Below, one piece after another: positions 35,334 through 59,445 of a stretch of DNA of 64,000 bases. The translations under genes were made by a program, and so were the position numbers. This DNA is from the human T2T-CHM13v2.0 reference genome, Homo sapiens. Within the stretch, counting starts at the first letter, position 1. Each line of letters opens with the position of its first letter. Location of the stretch: the NCBI RefSeq assembly GCF_009914755.1, contig NC_060933.1. The stretch is one strand, 5' to 3'. The notes below the pieces were generated by a model that was given only the letters and a program-made list of their open reading frames with translations, did no database searches and had not been told where the DNA came from.

Positions 35334-37639
35334 CTGAAATATACCAGTTGAGAGTCACTCCTCGTGAGACAAACGGCCCAGTCACCTGGGGCTATGTTTT
35401 GTCCATGACCAGAGTTCACAGTGGCAGGACAGAGGTGCAGTTGCACACACACCCATCCAACCATCATCCACGATTCCTACCCTGTGCCAGGGGCTGGTAG
35501 CTCACCATGAAAAGGCCCCCCTGTCTCTGCTTTTATGAAGCTCACAGTCCGATGGGGGAGTTGCCTATGAACCAGGGAAGGCCAGGGTGTCTCACCTGTT
35601 AAGAAGAAGGCACGGCTGGCCTTGAGAATGTTTACGTGGGACCTGACCCAGTCTGAGGCTCTGAGAAAGTTTCTCTGAGGCAGTGACATGAAAGCTGAGG
35701 CTTAGGGCTGGATGAGGTGGCTCACACCAGTAATCCCAGCACTTCGGAAGGCCAAGGCAGGGGGATTGCTTGAGCCCAGGAGTTCAAAACCAGCCTGGGC
35801 AACATAGCAAGACCCCATCTCTAAAACAAGCCAGGTGTGGTGGCTCACGCCTGTGAGCCAAGCACTTTGGGAAGCCAAGATAGGAGGATTGCTTGAGCTT
35901 CCAGGAGTTTGAGACCAACCCGGGCAACATAGCAAGACCCCATCTCTAAAACAAACAAACAAGCTGGGTACAGTGGCTGATGTCTGTAATCTCAGCACTT
36001 TGGGAGGCCGAGGCAGTTGGATCACTTGAGCTCAGGAGTTCAAGACCAGCCTGGGCAACATGATGAAACCCCCTCTATAAAAAATACAAAAATTAGCTGT
36101 GTGTGGTGATACACACCTGTGGTCCCAGCTACTTGGCAGGAGGGCTGAGGCAGGAGGATTGCTTGAGCCTGGGAGGTCGAGGCTACAATGAGCCGTGATC
36201 TTGCCACTGCACTCCAGCCTGGGCAACAGAGCCAGACTCTGTCTCCAAAAAAAATAAAACAAACAATCTGAGGCTTGAAAGATGCATTGACATTAACCAG
36301 ATGAAGGGAGGGCTGGAGCAACAACATTCAAGGCAGAAGGGACAGCACGTGCAAAGGCCCTGAGGCTGGAAGAAGCTGGGCATGTGTGAAGAACAGAAAA
36401 CCAGCACACGGGAGCACAGAGGGCAAGGGACAGGGGCCCAAGATAAAGGGACAGGGGTCATCAGGGGTCCTGGCAGCACCTGAAGAATTTGGACTTTGCA
36501 CTAAAAGCCATGAGAAGGTCTTGAGAGCCCCAGGCTGAAAACCCAGCTCCGCGCTGATTAACCACAGGATCCTGAACTCTGAAAACTCAGGAGAAATCAC
36601 AGCTCATGTGCTGTGTGACGAGTGAGAGGGAGACCTGGAGAAGCCGCTAGGACAATGCCCAGCACAAGGAGGTGCTCAGTGAATTGTCACTTTCTCTCAT
36701 TGGAAAGCAGAGACATAAAGTCACACTGAGATCATCAGAGGCCCATGACTCTTGCTCCACTGTTCCCTGCTGGCATCCAGACAGTCAGACCCCACCAGGC
36801 CCACAGCAGAGCCTGAATCTCAGGAGCAGGTTTTCTAAATTGTTCAGCTGACGGCAAATCCTGTGCTTCTGACTCATGACTGTCCCCCAAGGGCTGGTTT
36901 GTCCTCCCTGGTGGGCCTGCCCTGCCCTACCCCAGAGGAGAATGCAGCTCAGATCTTCGAGATTGGAACCTTCACACCCAAAATTCCTCTCTGCTGGCCC
37001 TGAAATCAGTGAATCACCAACACCGAAGGCTCTGTCCGTGGATCTGTGATACGTTTCAAGGGGCCTCAGCATACAGTGGGCACTGCCTTTAGGAGTCCAC
37101 TGCCCATGGAGTTGCTCCCCCTGGAGATACAACTCAGATACAAGTCAGCCAGGCCAGAGCCAGCTGCAGTGCAGGCCAGGAAGCCCCCAGTGTCAGCGGC
37201 CGAGGTGCCACCTTAGCTGGGGTGGAGGCCAGCCTTTGGTTGAGGTCCCTTGAAAGTGACCTGAGGCTGCGATGCTCATGTTAATTTCAGTTACTTATAA
37301 GTCTTAAGGACAAACATTGGTGGGGCGTTGCATTCTCCTGGCGCTGCTGTCACGACCCCCGTTTACAGGTGAGGACACTGAGCTCCCAGACTTTTCCAGG
37401 TCCCCAGGCTGGTGGGTGGAGGAGCCAGGGCCTGTGACTGTCACCTCCAGCAAGTCCTTCCTGGATGATACTTAGCGCCCAGAGCAGAGATAAGAGGGGG
37501 CCACGTTGTCATGAGGAACACCTCAGGAGCAGCCCAAGGAGTGGGGGTTTCCTTCTGCGGTGTCCCTGCCAATCAGGCAGAAAGGCTCTGGGACAGGTTC
37601 ACCTCCTCCCTTCCCCGAATTCGTGTTAAAAGGAAATCA

Positions 37640-37917
<278 letters not shown>

Positions 37918-37940
37918 CTAAAATAAATAAATAATAATTA

Positions 37941-38403
<463 letters not shown>

Positions 38404-38971
38404 CTATGGCGCCTCCCCTGCCCTCAGGGCTGTGGCGGGGATCTCATGCTCAGCTCCGGGCCACATTCGGTCCTCTGGGAAGGATTCAATGAGTGAATGC
38501 AGCTGTTCTACTTGATGCCCGGATCCCATATCCCAGGACCAGCCAAGGCAGGGAGAAGTCAGAAGCTATCAGTGTGCTGTAGCCTCCGGGCATCCTATCA
38601 CTTGGGCAGCTGCCCTGCCTTTAATCCTGCCTGTACCTGCAGCAGGGCCTGAGCCTGGCTTGTGGCCAAGATCCTCACTCCCCAGGATCCACCCGCATGC
38701 AGTGCCAGAGCCAGCCTTGCCTCACCTCGCCTTTGAACTGGACACAGGGGAAGACAGAGACAGTTTCAGGAAATGATTGCTTTATTAAAATACCTGGGGA
38801 GGAAGTAACAGGTGCCTGGGGTCTTTCTGCATTCTGCCGCCAGGACAGCCGACAAGCTCAGCCTATGACTTTGCAGACTCGCCAACCAGTGTGACGGACG
38901 CTACTGGAACTTGCCCCGGCCCAGCTCTGGGACTCGTTAATGTTGTTTTGGTTCAGGGGCTCGGATTAGTG

Positions 38972-39074
38972 GGGAAATTCCTCGCTGAGCACCCCGACGG
39001 TGCCCGGCTGGGAGCTGGCCTTTGGAGGCTACAGTGGGCTTGTTAGTGACATTTGCCAGGAGTTGGGAATTTCC
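38972..39074. promoter_or_regulatory. Two consensus NF-kB sites in PTGES intron 1
   Basis: GGGAAATTCC 38972-38981 and GGGAATTTCC 39065-39074. Function is inferred. Confidence 0.55.
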
Positions 39075-39482
39075 ACTTAAACGTTTCTCGGACTCCTGTT
39101 TTGCCGGTTCCCACTCCACCCAGATATCAGACCTCCCGTGCCGGGAAGCCACCAGGTTAGACAGAGGCTTTGTGCTGTCACGCTCCCACACTCCACCCTC
39201 CAGAACCTGCTTCTCTCACAGACACTCGCTGGCTCTCTCCATGCCAAGAACTCAGCCCGGTGGCACGGCAAGCGAGTAAGTGCTCTTAAGCCAGAGAGGA
39301 GAAGGTGCAGGCCTTGCTGACACGTGGGACTGGCAGGAAGCCCCCCGGCGGGGCTGGAAGAGGTGCTCACCTCCCAGCCCTGCACACACCTTGGCCATGT
39401 TTCCCTATCCCGGGGCTTTCCTGACAGGACGTGGAGAGAAGCAAGTATGACCCAGGCCGGGGACCCCCAGGGAGGCACATAC

Positions 39483-39608
39483 CTTCTTCCGCAGCCTCAC
39501 TTGGCCCGTGATGATGGCCACCACGTACATCTTGATGACCAGCAGCGTGCTGCAGAGCAGGAAGGCCGGGAGGGCCGGGCTGCTCATCACCAGGCTGTGG
39601 GCAGGCAT
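39483..39608 (-). CDS. PTGES: PTGES exon 1 coding part (microsomal prostaglandin E synthase-1, MAPEG family)
   Basis: ATG at 39608-39606; MPAHSLVMSSPALPAFLLCSTLLVIKMYVVAIITGQVRLRKK (42 codons); donor AAG|gtatgt at 39482. Confidence 0.98.
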
Positions 39609-39639
39609 CTCTGGCCAGCGCAGCTCAACTGTGGGTGTG

Positions 39640-39760
39640 ATCAGCTCGACAGAGGAGCAGCCTGCAGGGAAAGCACAAAGTGGGAGGGGAGAGCCTTCCT
39701 GCAGCCAGCACCGCCCACGCCCCGCCCCACGGCAGCGGCAGCAGGGCCCCCTTCTCCTGT
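39640..39760 (-). promoter_or_regulatory. PTGES: PTGES TATA-less proximal promoter with tandem GC boxes (EGR1/Sp1)
   Basis: Minus strand GGGGCGGGG (39720-39728) overlaps GCGTGGGCG (39712-39720, EGR1 consensus) about 105-120 bp upstream of the ATG; no TATA box. Matches the known EGR1-dependent induction of mPGES-1. Confidence 0.85.
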
Positions 39761-40108
39761 GAAGAGAAAGACAAGCAGTTGCCGGAGCTCCAAGAAGCAG
39801 AGAGTCTCCGGGTGTCCCGGACCCAGTCCCTGGCTCTGGAGCCCTCCTTCCAGGCAAATCCTCAAACACTTTCAAATCTGTTTCAAAGCTGTTTCCTTAT
39901 CTACAGTGTGGGAGCATGTGGTGGTGCCTGCCTTCTAGGGAATGATGAGGCTGGGCACCTGGCAGGACCTCTGCACGTGGTGATTATCGCTGCCTCCTGC
40001 CCACCTCCGCAGGGTCAGGGTAGGTGGTGGGCATGAGAACCACGCCATGCGCCCCCACACTCAGCCTGGACAATGGAGCTGCAGCCACAATGGCATGACT
40101 TTGCCATC

Positions 40109-40636
40109 TGTGGCAGGCTGAAGGACGCCCTCCACCCCTAAAGACATCCATGTCCCAATCCCTAGAACCCGTGACTGTGACTATGTGGCAAAAGGGACTT
40201 TTCACATGGGATTTCGTAAGGATTTGAGATGGGAGAAATTATCCTAGTTTATCTGGGTGAGCCCAGAGTATACAGAGGGGCCCTTCCAAGAGGGAGGCAG
40301 TAAAATTAGAGAAAAGATATAAAAACAGAGGCAGCATTAAGAGAGGAGATGAAAGGACAGAATAGGGGTCAGACAGGAGAGACGCTAACCTGCTGGCCTT
40401 GAAGATGAAGGAGAGATCATGGCCCAAGGAATACCAGGGGCCTCTAGAAACTGGAAAAGGGGACGAAACAAACTCTCTGCGTTCAGACAGAACGCAGCCC
40501 TCCCGACACTTTGATTTTAGCCCTGTGAGACCCATTTCAGGCTTCATCCACCAGAACTGTCAGAGAATGAAGCTGTGTTGTTTTAAGCCACTAAGTCTGT
40601 GGTAATTTGCTATAGCAGGGATGGGGAACCAGCACG
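40109..40636 (+). mobile_element. MaLR LTR (MLT1D-like) about 0.5 kb upstream of PTGES
   Basis: TGTGGCAGGCTGAA...aaagacatccatgtcccaatccctagaacc...ttttaagccactaagtctgtggtaatttgctatagcag. Confidence 0.8.
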
Positions 40637-40750
40637 TGGCTCCACTGACTTCCTGAGCATCACTTGACTATCCTGGAACTCTTTCCCCAGTCAAATGCTT
40701 TGATTCTTCATCACAAGATCTCCCCGAAAGACCTATCAACTGACTCTTCA

Positions 40751-40900
<150 letters not shown>

Positions 40901-41690
40901 TTAGCTGGGCATGGTGGTGCTCGCCTGTATTCCCAGCTACTCAGGAGGCTGAAGTGGGAGGATCACCTGAACCCAGGAGGCTGAGGCTGCAGTGAGCCAT
41001 GTTCTCACCACTGCACTCTAGCCTGGGTGACAGAGCAAGACCCTGTCTCAAAAAAGAAAGAAAGCATCAACGTTTGTTTTCTAAGATTCTTTGAATCCCT
41101 CACCTCAAAATCCTCACCTTGGCCAGGTGGCTCACACATGTAATCCCAGCACTTTGGGAGGCCGAGGGGGGCAGATTATCTGAGGTCAGAAGTTCGAGAC
41201 CAGCCTGGCCAACGTGGTGAAATCCCCTCTCTACTAAAAATACAAAAATTAGCCAGATGTGATGGCAGACACCTGTAATCCCAGCTACTTGGGAGGCTGA
41301 GGCGGGAGAATCGCTTCAACCTGGGAGGTGGAGGTGCAGTGAGCCAAGATTGCACCACTGTACTCCAGCCTGGGCGACAGACCGAGACTCTGTCTCAAAA
41401 AAAATCCTCACCTTGCTGCATCCTGCCCGCTTCCCCGGGTTCTGGCAGGACCTCCACAAGGTCAGGGATCTTTTTTTTTTTTTCTTGTGAGACAGACTCC
41501 TGCTCTATCACCCAGGCTGGAGTGCAATGGCGTGATCTCTGCTCACTGCAACCTCCACCTCCAGGTTCAAGCAATTCTCCTGCCTCCGCCTCCCAAGTAG
41601 CTAGGACTACAGGTGCCCACCACCACGCCCAGATAATTTTTGTATTTTTAGTAGAGACGGGGTTTCACCATGTTGGCCAGGATGGTCTCA

Positions 41691-41801
<111 letters not shown>

Positions 41802-43973
41802 TTATTTTCGCCAACATATTTGGCTTTGCTGAGAGGTGCCCTGGGGAAGTGGGGCAAAGGGGAAAGGGAGAAACAAGTCTCCCATGCCTACTTCACTCTT
41901 GGGCTTGACCAGGTGCTTTGGGACAGCACCTGCCCAGAGAGACAGCTGTGTCAGTCCAACCTATGCCCCAAAGCAGCAGAGATCAAAGGGAAGATTGGCC
42001 AGAGCTAGATTTAGCCAGCCTCGAATCCCAAAGCCAGCCCTCAGCTGTAGCTGTGTGGCCTTAGGCAGGCAGGTTCCTCCTCTGAACCAGTTTCCTCAGC
42101 TGTAAAATGCAGCTGACCCTAAGTCACTCCCCAGCGCAGTTGTGGGAGCTAAATAATTATGAAGCCCCTGGAACAAGTAGGCACTCCGTTCAGTATCATC
42201 CTCTGAGCTTCCATTTCCTCCTGCTCAAAGGGAATAATGATCCCTACCTAGTAGGGTTGTCAGGAGGGAGACTCATAGAAATCCCTGCCCTTGTTGCTGG
42301 GGGAGGTGGGTGTGAGCAAGGTGGGGGTGGTGCCTTGCCCATTTGCTGTGTGCCAAGCAGTCCTTTATCCGAACAAAAGATGTGCTTGATAAACTGACTC
42401 CCGTGGGGAACTGCCAGGCCAGGCTGTCCCGGCCCCACAAGATAAATGATAGGTCACCATACCATCAGGGACGGAACATGGAAAGTACAAGATGCCCTGA
42501 GACACGTTTTATCTCTGGTTGTCTGTTGGAGGAGCTGTGCAAGCTCGCTTCTGGCTGATATTTCTGTCGGAGAAGAGAGAATCCCTGCCTCTCTCGCCCC
42601 CAGCCCGTGGGAACCCCTGCAGGTAGCTACCTTCCTTGTCAAAAAGCTCAGCTATGAGGTTGGGGTCTGGTGGCTGTACCACCCCCAGAATCGTGGACCA
42701 GACACAGCCCAGGAGGGGCCCTTTGGTTGTCCTCCTTGGACTAGGGAGAGTGGCTCTTCCCTGACTGGTCTTCTGAAATAACAAGATAGAAAGCAGAGGC
42801 TGGGAAAACCAGCTTGGGGCAAAGAGCAGACGATCACCTCCCGCTACCCTGAGCCGAAAATAGGGGAGAGACTGTGTAGGGGAATTCGTATAACTGATGG
42901 ACATGATCTCAAGATAGGAATCTTTTCGTCACTGTCTACTGAAATGAACCTGCTAAGCCAAGGCCTGCCAAGGAGGACAAAATCTCTGATCTTTGGCCAA
43001 GAATTTCCCTGAAGCTGCCCTTGGCCAATGGAAGCTGCCATTGTGGCTGTTGGGGGTGACGGTGATGGTGGTGTCACTTCTCTCTGAGCTTCCATTTCTT
43101 TGCCTGTAAGATGGGCTTGGTGTCCCCTGCCTTGCAGAGGGTGGGGGACAGGAGATGGTGTGTGCACAGTGTTGGGGGCTGGGGGACACTCACTGTGGCC
43201 TGGTCCTGAGGCCCACGGGAACTACAGCAGTGTGCCCACAACAATGAGGACAACAGAAGCCCCTGGAAATATTTTACATCTTGTCCTGGGTGGTGATTAC
43301 CCAGGTGAATGCATATGTCAAAAGTCACTGAGATGGGCTGGGCCTTGTGGCTCATGCCTGTAATCCCAGCACTTTGCAAGGCCGAGGCAGGGGGATCACT
43401 TGAGGTCAGGAGTTCAAGAACAGCCTGGCCAACACAGTGAAACCCCGTCTCTACTAAAAATACAAAAATCAGCTGGGCGTGGTGGTGTGTGCCTGTAATT
43501 CCAGCTACTCAGGAGGCTGATGCAGGAAAATCACTTGAACCTGGGAGGCGGAGGTTGCAGTGAGCCAGGACTGCACCACTGTACTCCAGCCCGGGCGACA
43601 GAGCAAGACTCTGTCTCAAAAAGAGAAAAAAGTTACTGAGATGTATCTTCAAACCTTTTTACTTTACTATATTTTTTCGACCCATGAAAGTGAAAGTTCT
43701 TCCTATCCCCGTTCGAAACCCTGAGCAGAGGCTCTGCCCTGTTGAAAACCATCCCGTGGCTTAGACCAGCGCCCTCCCTGGCATTTCCTGAGGAGCAGAA
43801 ACCAAGCTCTTCACGCTGGCTGATTGTCCCTAACATCAGAGGAGGCTTAGAGAGGAGGAAGTGGCCCCACCTCTGCTGCTGGTTCCTGACCTTTGGGAGT
43901 ATTGCTAGGCTTTCTGTAGCCAGTGATGGGGAAATAAATGCACAGTGATTTTTGTTTGTTTGTTTGTTTTTAA

Positions 43974-44228
<255 letters not shown>

Positions 44229-44428
44229 TAGGATTTTTCATTTTTGCTTAAAAAAAAAAAAAAGTCAAATCACTTCCTTCCTTTTCAGCAAAGACCGCAG
44301 TGGCTCCCAATCTCACTCAGAGTAAAGCCGTCTGGGCCGGGCGCCGTGGCTCACTCCTGTAATCCCAGCACTTTGGGAGGCTGAGGCAGGAGGATCATGA
44401 GGTCAAGAGATTGAGACCATCCTAGCTA

Positions 44429-44747
<319 letters not shown>

Positions 44748-45199
44748 TCACTAAGCCCAGCCACACTGCCCTCCGTGCTGGAATCTGTCAGACACAGTCG
44801 TGCCTCTGGGCCCTTGCTATAACTGATCTCTCTGCCTAGAATTCTCCCCAAGGTTTCCACAAGGCTGACATCTCATCTCCTTCAAATCGTGGTTTGACTC
44901 TCACCTTCTCCATAAGACTCACCCTGGCAACCTTATCTATTCTGCAGTCTGCCCTGCCCTTCCCACTCCTGAGGCCACTTCCCTGCCTCCACTTTTCTTT
45001 CCATAGCGCATATCACCCAATAACACACCATCTAACTTTTTTTTTTTTGTGAGACGGAGTCTCGCTCTATCACTCAGGCTGGAGTACAGGGGCGCGATCA
45101 TCTTGGCTCACTGCAACTTCCGCCTCTGGGGTCAAGAGATTCTCCTGCCTCAGCCTCCAGAGTAGCTGGGATTACAGGCGCCCGCCACCATGCCCTAAT

Positions 45200-45215
45200 T
45201 TATTTATTTTCTTTC

Positions 45216-45251
<36 letters not shown>

Positions 45252-45372
45252 TCCCTCTTTCTTTTTCTTTCTTTCCTTCCTTCCTTCCCTCTTTCTTCTT
45301 TCTTTCTTTCCTTCTTTCTTTTCCTTCCTTCCCTCCCTTCCTTCCTTCCTCTCTCTCTTTCTTTCTTTCTTT
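45200..45372. repeat. (CTTT)/(CCTT) microsatellite, tail of an Alu nested in another Alu
   Basis: Pyrimidine tract between the right arm of the host Alu and the inserted Alu. Confidence 0.9.
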
Positions 45373-45374
45373 GA

Positions 45375-45677
<303 letters not shown>

Positions 45678-46729
45678 TAGTAGAGACGGGGTTTTGCCAT
45701 GTTGGCCAGGCTTGTCTTAAACTCCTGACCTCAGGTGATCTGCCTGCCTTGGCCTCACAAAGTGCTGAGATTACAGGCATGAGCCACCATGCCCAGCCTC
45801 ACACCATCTAACTTATTATCCCTACTGCCTAACATCTGTCCTCCTGGGGCAGGGCTCTTGGTTCACCAGTGAACTACAGGCACCAGTATCGTGCCTGATA
45901 TATAGCCACAACCCCAATTTGTTAAATTGAACTAAGCTAATTTGTTTTGGATTTCTCTCCCTTATAAAAAAGAGTCTACACTGACATAAGTGAAAACCTC
46001 CACTTCTCTTCCAGGAGCTTGGCTCTGCATCCTGAAGCTTGGCCCTGGGTCCTGACTCCTGCCTTCCCGGAACACCCCACGGGAGCCTGGCTGCCTGTCT
46101 TCTGATGAGGAGAGAGCCAGGAGAGAGGCTTGTGCGTCTCTGAGAGGGACTGGGTGCTGAGCAGGCTGGTCTCCGAGAGGGACTAGGTGCTGGGCAGGCT
46201 GGGACCAGAACAAGGCCACTGAGGCATTACCCCAACACACCCTCCTTTGAACCATTCCATTTGGACTGGAAAAGACTGTGCATTTTAAATTTAGTTTGCA
46301 TGTTGATACCACAAACACCTATCCAGGAGTGAAGAACATAGAAGCTGACATTTATTGACAAGTGTGAGTGGTTAGGACTAGAAGCTCCCTGTTAGGGAAC
46401 CACTCATTGTGAGCTGCCTGCCTGGCTCCCAGGCCAAGCCCAGCCCCTGGAGCTCATTCCTGAGATAGCCAAGAGGGCTTTCAGGGATGATGCCACCCTG
46501 CTTAAGGACAGCAGTCAGATGGGTGATGGCCGCGGGGTCACTGGGCATTGTCCTCTCACTCAACACTGGGCTAATCACAGAGGTCATCAGATTTCAGGGA
46601 GGTATGTCTAGGAGGCCCGTTTTAGAGATATGGAGCCCGAGTCCTGGGTTAGTGGTTGTCCTTATCCTGACCCCACAGCTGGCCTTTGGTAGTGGAGGAC
46701 GTTCTCGTCACACAGGCAGCCCTGTTCTA

Positions 46730-47155
<426 letters not shown>

Positions 47156-47368
47156 TCAAGGCTGCAGTGAGCCATGCTGTGATCCCGCCACTGCCCGGGT
47201 AAAAGAGCGAGACCCTGTCTCAAAATAAATAAATAAATAAAAATAAACAGGCCGGAAGCAGTGGCTCATGCCTGAAATCCCAGCACTTTGGGAGGTTGAG
47301 GCGGGCAGATCACGAGGTCAGGAGTTCGAAACCAGCCTGGCCAACATGGTGAAACCCCATCTCTACTA

Positions 47369-47530
<162 letters not shown>

Positions 47531-47721
47531 TCAAAAAAAAAAAAAAAGAAAAGAAAGCAAAGACAGGGTATCCACGCAATGGAATATTACTCAGCCATAA
47601 AAAGAAATGAAATCCTGACCCATGCTGTGACGTGGATGAACCTGGAAAACATGATGTGAAGGGAGAGAAGCCAGACATAAAAGGTCACTTTTTTTTTTTT
47701 TGGTTTTTTTTTTTTTTTTGA

Positions 47722-47856
<135 letters not shown>

Positions 47857-49040
47857 TGATGATTCCACGCATATAAAATGTCCAGAATGGGCAAATCTAT
47901 AGAGAGAGAAAGCAGATTTGTGGTTGCCAGCGGGTAGGCGGGGTGGGGAAATGGGAATGACTGCTTCATGCGTATAAAGTTTTCTTCTGGGATGATGAAA
48001 ATGTTCTGGAAATGGATGGTAAAGATGGTTGCAAAATATTGTGACTGTACCAATGACATGGAATTGCACACTTGAAGATGGTTAGTTTTATGGTAAGAGA
48101 AAACTGAAACTGAGCTTCTGTCTTGTTTATGGCTGAATTTACAGTGCCTAGCGTGGTGTGCGCCCAGAGCTGTGCTTGGTAAATATTTGTGGAAAGACAG
48201 ACGGCCTGAACGTGTGCGTTAAATGCAGGGGAATTCCTGGAGCTGACTGTGATGCCGCCCTCTCCTTCTGTCTCTGGAGAGACAAACACACTTGTGACTG
48301 CCTGAGTTCTGACCACAGTCCAGCAGCCCCTGATGGAACCCATCTGCTGCTCCTTGGACTCTGGGCCTCTCATTCCACTGCTGATGAGCAGGGCTGTGGA
48401 CACACAAGGAGCATTTCCTGGCTGAAGCTCCGGGACTGGACCCCGCTCACAGGAGAGGCGGATGGGGGAGAAGGAAGAGGAGAAATGTTTGTCTCAGCAC
48501 AAACCACTGCCATTTCCAGGGAAGCTGCTGTCACCCTGAGTGTGGCTCAAAGCAGAGGCTCTGGAGTCAGAGGGAGCCGAGACCCTCCCATGCCTGGCTG
48601 CCCATGCATTAACTAGGCACATACAGTCTCATGCTCACACGCACACGGCCCACAAATGCTGCTTCCCACGGGCTGCAGAGGAGATGGGCAATTCCTGTGT
48701 GCAGCTCTCAGACACATCAGGGACCCATTTCCTAGGAGCCCTATGGGGAGCTCCACATTCCTCAGATTGGATTCAGCCAGTGATTAGCTACCGGGAAGTT
48801 GGCTGGAGTTTTCAAACCACTCCCACTTTCTCAGTAGCCTCCAAGCCCCAAAACAACCTCCATTCCACAAGAAGCACCACCCCTTTCCCTGAGGGCCTTT
48901 GTCACTCGGACAGCACTTTATGACTTGTTTGTGTTTTTTTTTTTTTGTTTTTTTTTTTGTTGTTGTTTTTTGAGTCTTGCTCTGTTGCCCAGGCTGCAGG
49001 CTGGAGTGCAGTGTCATGATCTTGGCTCAGGTTCAAGTAA

Positions 49041-49818
<778 letters not shown>

Positions 49819-50381
49819 TTATCAGGCCCATGTTACAGAGGGAGATAAAGGATCAAGCCAGTGAATGACCTTACCTAAGAATAACAGATCTGGACAGAGA
49901 TGTAGTTGGCTCCAGCCAGAGCCCATGCTCTTGACCCCCAGGCAGAGCTGAGAGAGCTGAGGTTTGAGTTCAGGCCAGCTGTTCCCTTCTTGCACAACTT
50001 TCCTTGTTCAAAATTCTTCAAGATTCTTTCCTTATAGTGAGCTGGATCTGCCTTTTAGGGCCACAGAGAACACACACACGTACACACACACACACTCCCT
50101 CTCTCCCTTTTCCTCTCCACTGCCCTTCAGAAATTGGAGGACACCACCCAGTTCACCCAAAATCTTGTCTTCCAGGCGAAACAACCACTGCCCCGTGAGC
50201 TCATCCTTGGATGTCAGGTTTTCCAGCCCCTGTAACCACTGCTTCGTTGCAGTTTGTAAAGGTCCCTCTTAGAGGGGCCTTATCCCATGTGCTGCTGACT
50301 CAGCTCAGACTGCCGGGAGCCTCCATCCTTTGCTGGGACCCCCCTCACTGCTATTAGCACAGGAAGAATTGTGACTCCAAG

Positions 50382-50840
<459 letters not shown>

Positions 50841-50964
50841 AGATTCCAAGCTCAGGACGACTCGACAAAGGGCGAGTAAGGAAGACACGTCCTAATCAAA
50901 ACCCACACAAACATAACATCAGAGATAGCTGAAGACACAATCAGCTTGGTAGGGCCTCTCATGA

Positions 50965-51222
<258 letters not shown>

Positions 51223-51298
51223 TAATTTTTGTATTTTTAGTAGAGATGGGGTTTCGTCATGTTGGCCAGGCTGGTCTCGAACTCCTGGCCTCAAGTGA

Positions 51299-51592
<294 letters not shown>

Positions 51593-51664
51593 TGACCTCG
51601 TGATCCGCCTGCCTCGGCCTCCCAAAGTGCTGGGATTACAGGCGTGAGTCACCGGGCCTGGCCT

Positions 51665-52197
51665 GTTTTTTAATTTTTATACTTTTTTCTTAAAAATGAA
51701 GACACAAACACACACGTTAGCCTAGGCCTACGCAGGGGCAGAATCATCAATATCACTGTCTTCCACCTCCACATCTTGTCCCACTGGAAGGTCTTCAGGG
51801 GCAATAACAGGCATGGAGCTGTCATCTCCTATGATGACAATGTTTCTTCTGGAATCCTTCCTGAAGGACCTATCTGAGGCTGTTTTACAGTTATCTTTTT
51901 TTTTTTTTGAGACAACACTGTCATGCAGGCTGGAGTGCAGTGCTGGGATCGTGGCACACTGCAGCCTCAATTCCTGGGCTCAAGTGATCCTCTTGCCTTA
52001 GCCTCCCAAAGTGCTGGGACTATAAGTGTGAGCCATATGCCAAGTCTTTTTTTTTTTCTTTAATAAACCTTAGAGTGGTACAATGGCTAAGACATCACTA
52101 GGTGATAGGAATTCTTCAGGTCCATTATAATCTATGGGATCACCATCACGTATGCAGTCAGTTGTTAACCAAAATGTCATCATGAGGCACATGACCA
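51665..52197 (-). mobile_element. Tigger3/GOLEM (TcMar) DNA transposon remnant
   Basis: Minus strand begins ggtcatgtgcctcatgatgacattttggttaacaactgactgcatacgtgatggtgatcccatagattataatgg (Tigger3 5' end). It includes the acidic transposase tail IVIIGDDSSMPVIAPEDLPVGQDVEVEDSDIDD and is interrupted by an Alu monomer. Confidence 0.8.
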
Positions 52198-52199
52198 TA

Positions 52200-58281
<6,082 letters not shown>

Positions 58282-58284
58282 TGA

Positions 58285-58630
<346 letters not shown>

Positions 58631-59205
58631 TTCTATAAAAAGAGATGGGTGAGAGTTATTTACTTTTTACTACATAATAAAGTGTTCTAGGGCCAGGTGC
58701 AGTAGTGGCTCACACCTGTAATCCCAGCACTTTGGGAGGCCAAGGCAGAAAGACTGTTTGAGACCAGGAGTTCGAGACCCCATCTCTACAAAGAAACAAA
58801 AAGCTAGCCGGCCATGGTGGCACAGGCCTATAGTCCCAGCTACTCGGGAGGCTGAAGCAGGAGGATTGCTCCAACCCAGAAGCTCGAGGCTGCAGTGAGC
58901 TATGATCATGCCTGTGAATAGCCACTGCACTCCAGCCTGGGCAACATGGCAAGAGCCCATCTCAAAAACAAAACAAACAATACAAAGATGAAGCTGCCTT
59001 TGAGGGAGGTGCCCAAGTCGCGGGCTGATTTTGAGCAAGCTGGTCTTAAAGGTCACCTCTACAAACTCTAACTTAATGCAGAAAGAGCAGCAAAAATCAC
59101 TCTTCCCTCCATCTGTGAAATGGGAAATGTTAAAAAAGAAACAAAAACAAAAACAAAAAAAACTCCCCTTTCCATCCAAGATAATAATCCCAAACTAGGG
59201 GCTGA

Positions 59206-59445
<240 letters not shown>

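Noticed and set aside
39609-39875. In-frame open extension upstream of the PTGES ATG (ORF 39405..39875)
   Set aside because: Starts at a non-ATG codon upstream of the GC-box promoter, so it lies outside the normal transcript; the 3' part reads into intron 1.
51728-51970. Acidic ORF (DSSMPVIAPEDLPVGQDVEVEDSDIDD) suggesting a processed pseudogene
   Set aside because: It is the C-terminal remnant of the Tigger3 transposase fused to Alu sequence.
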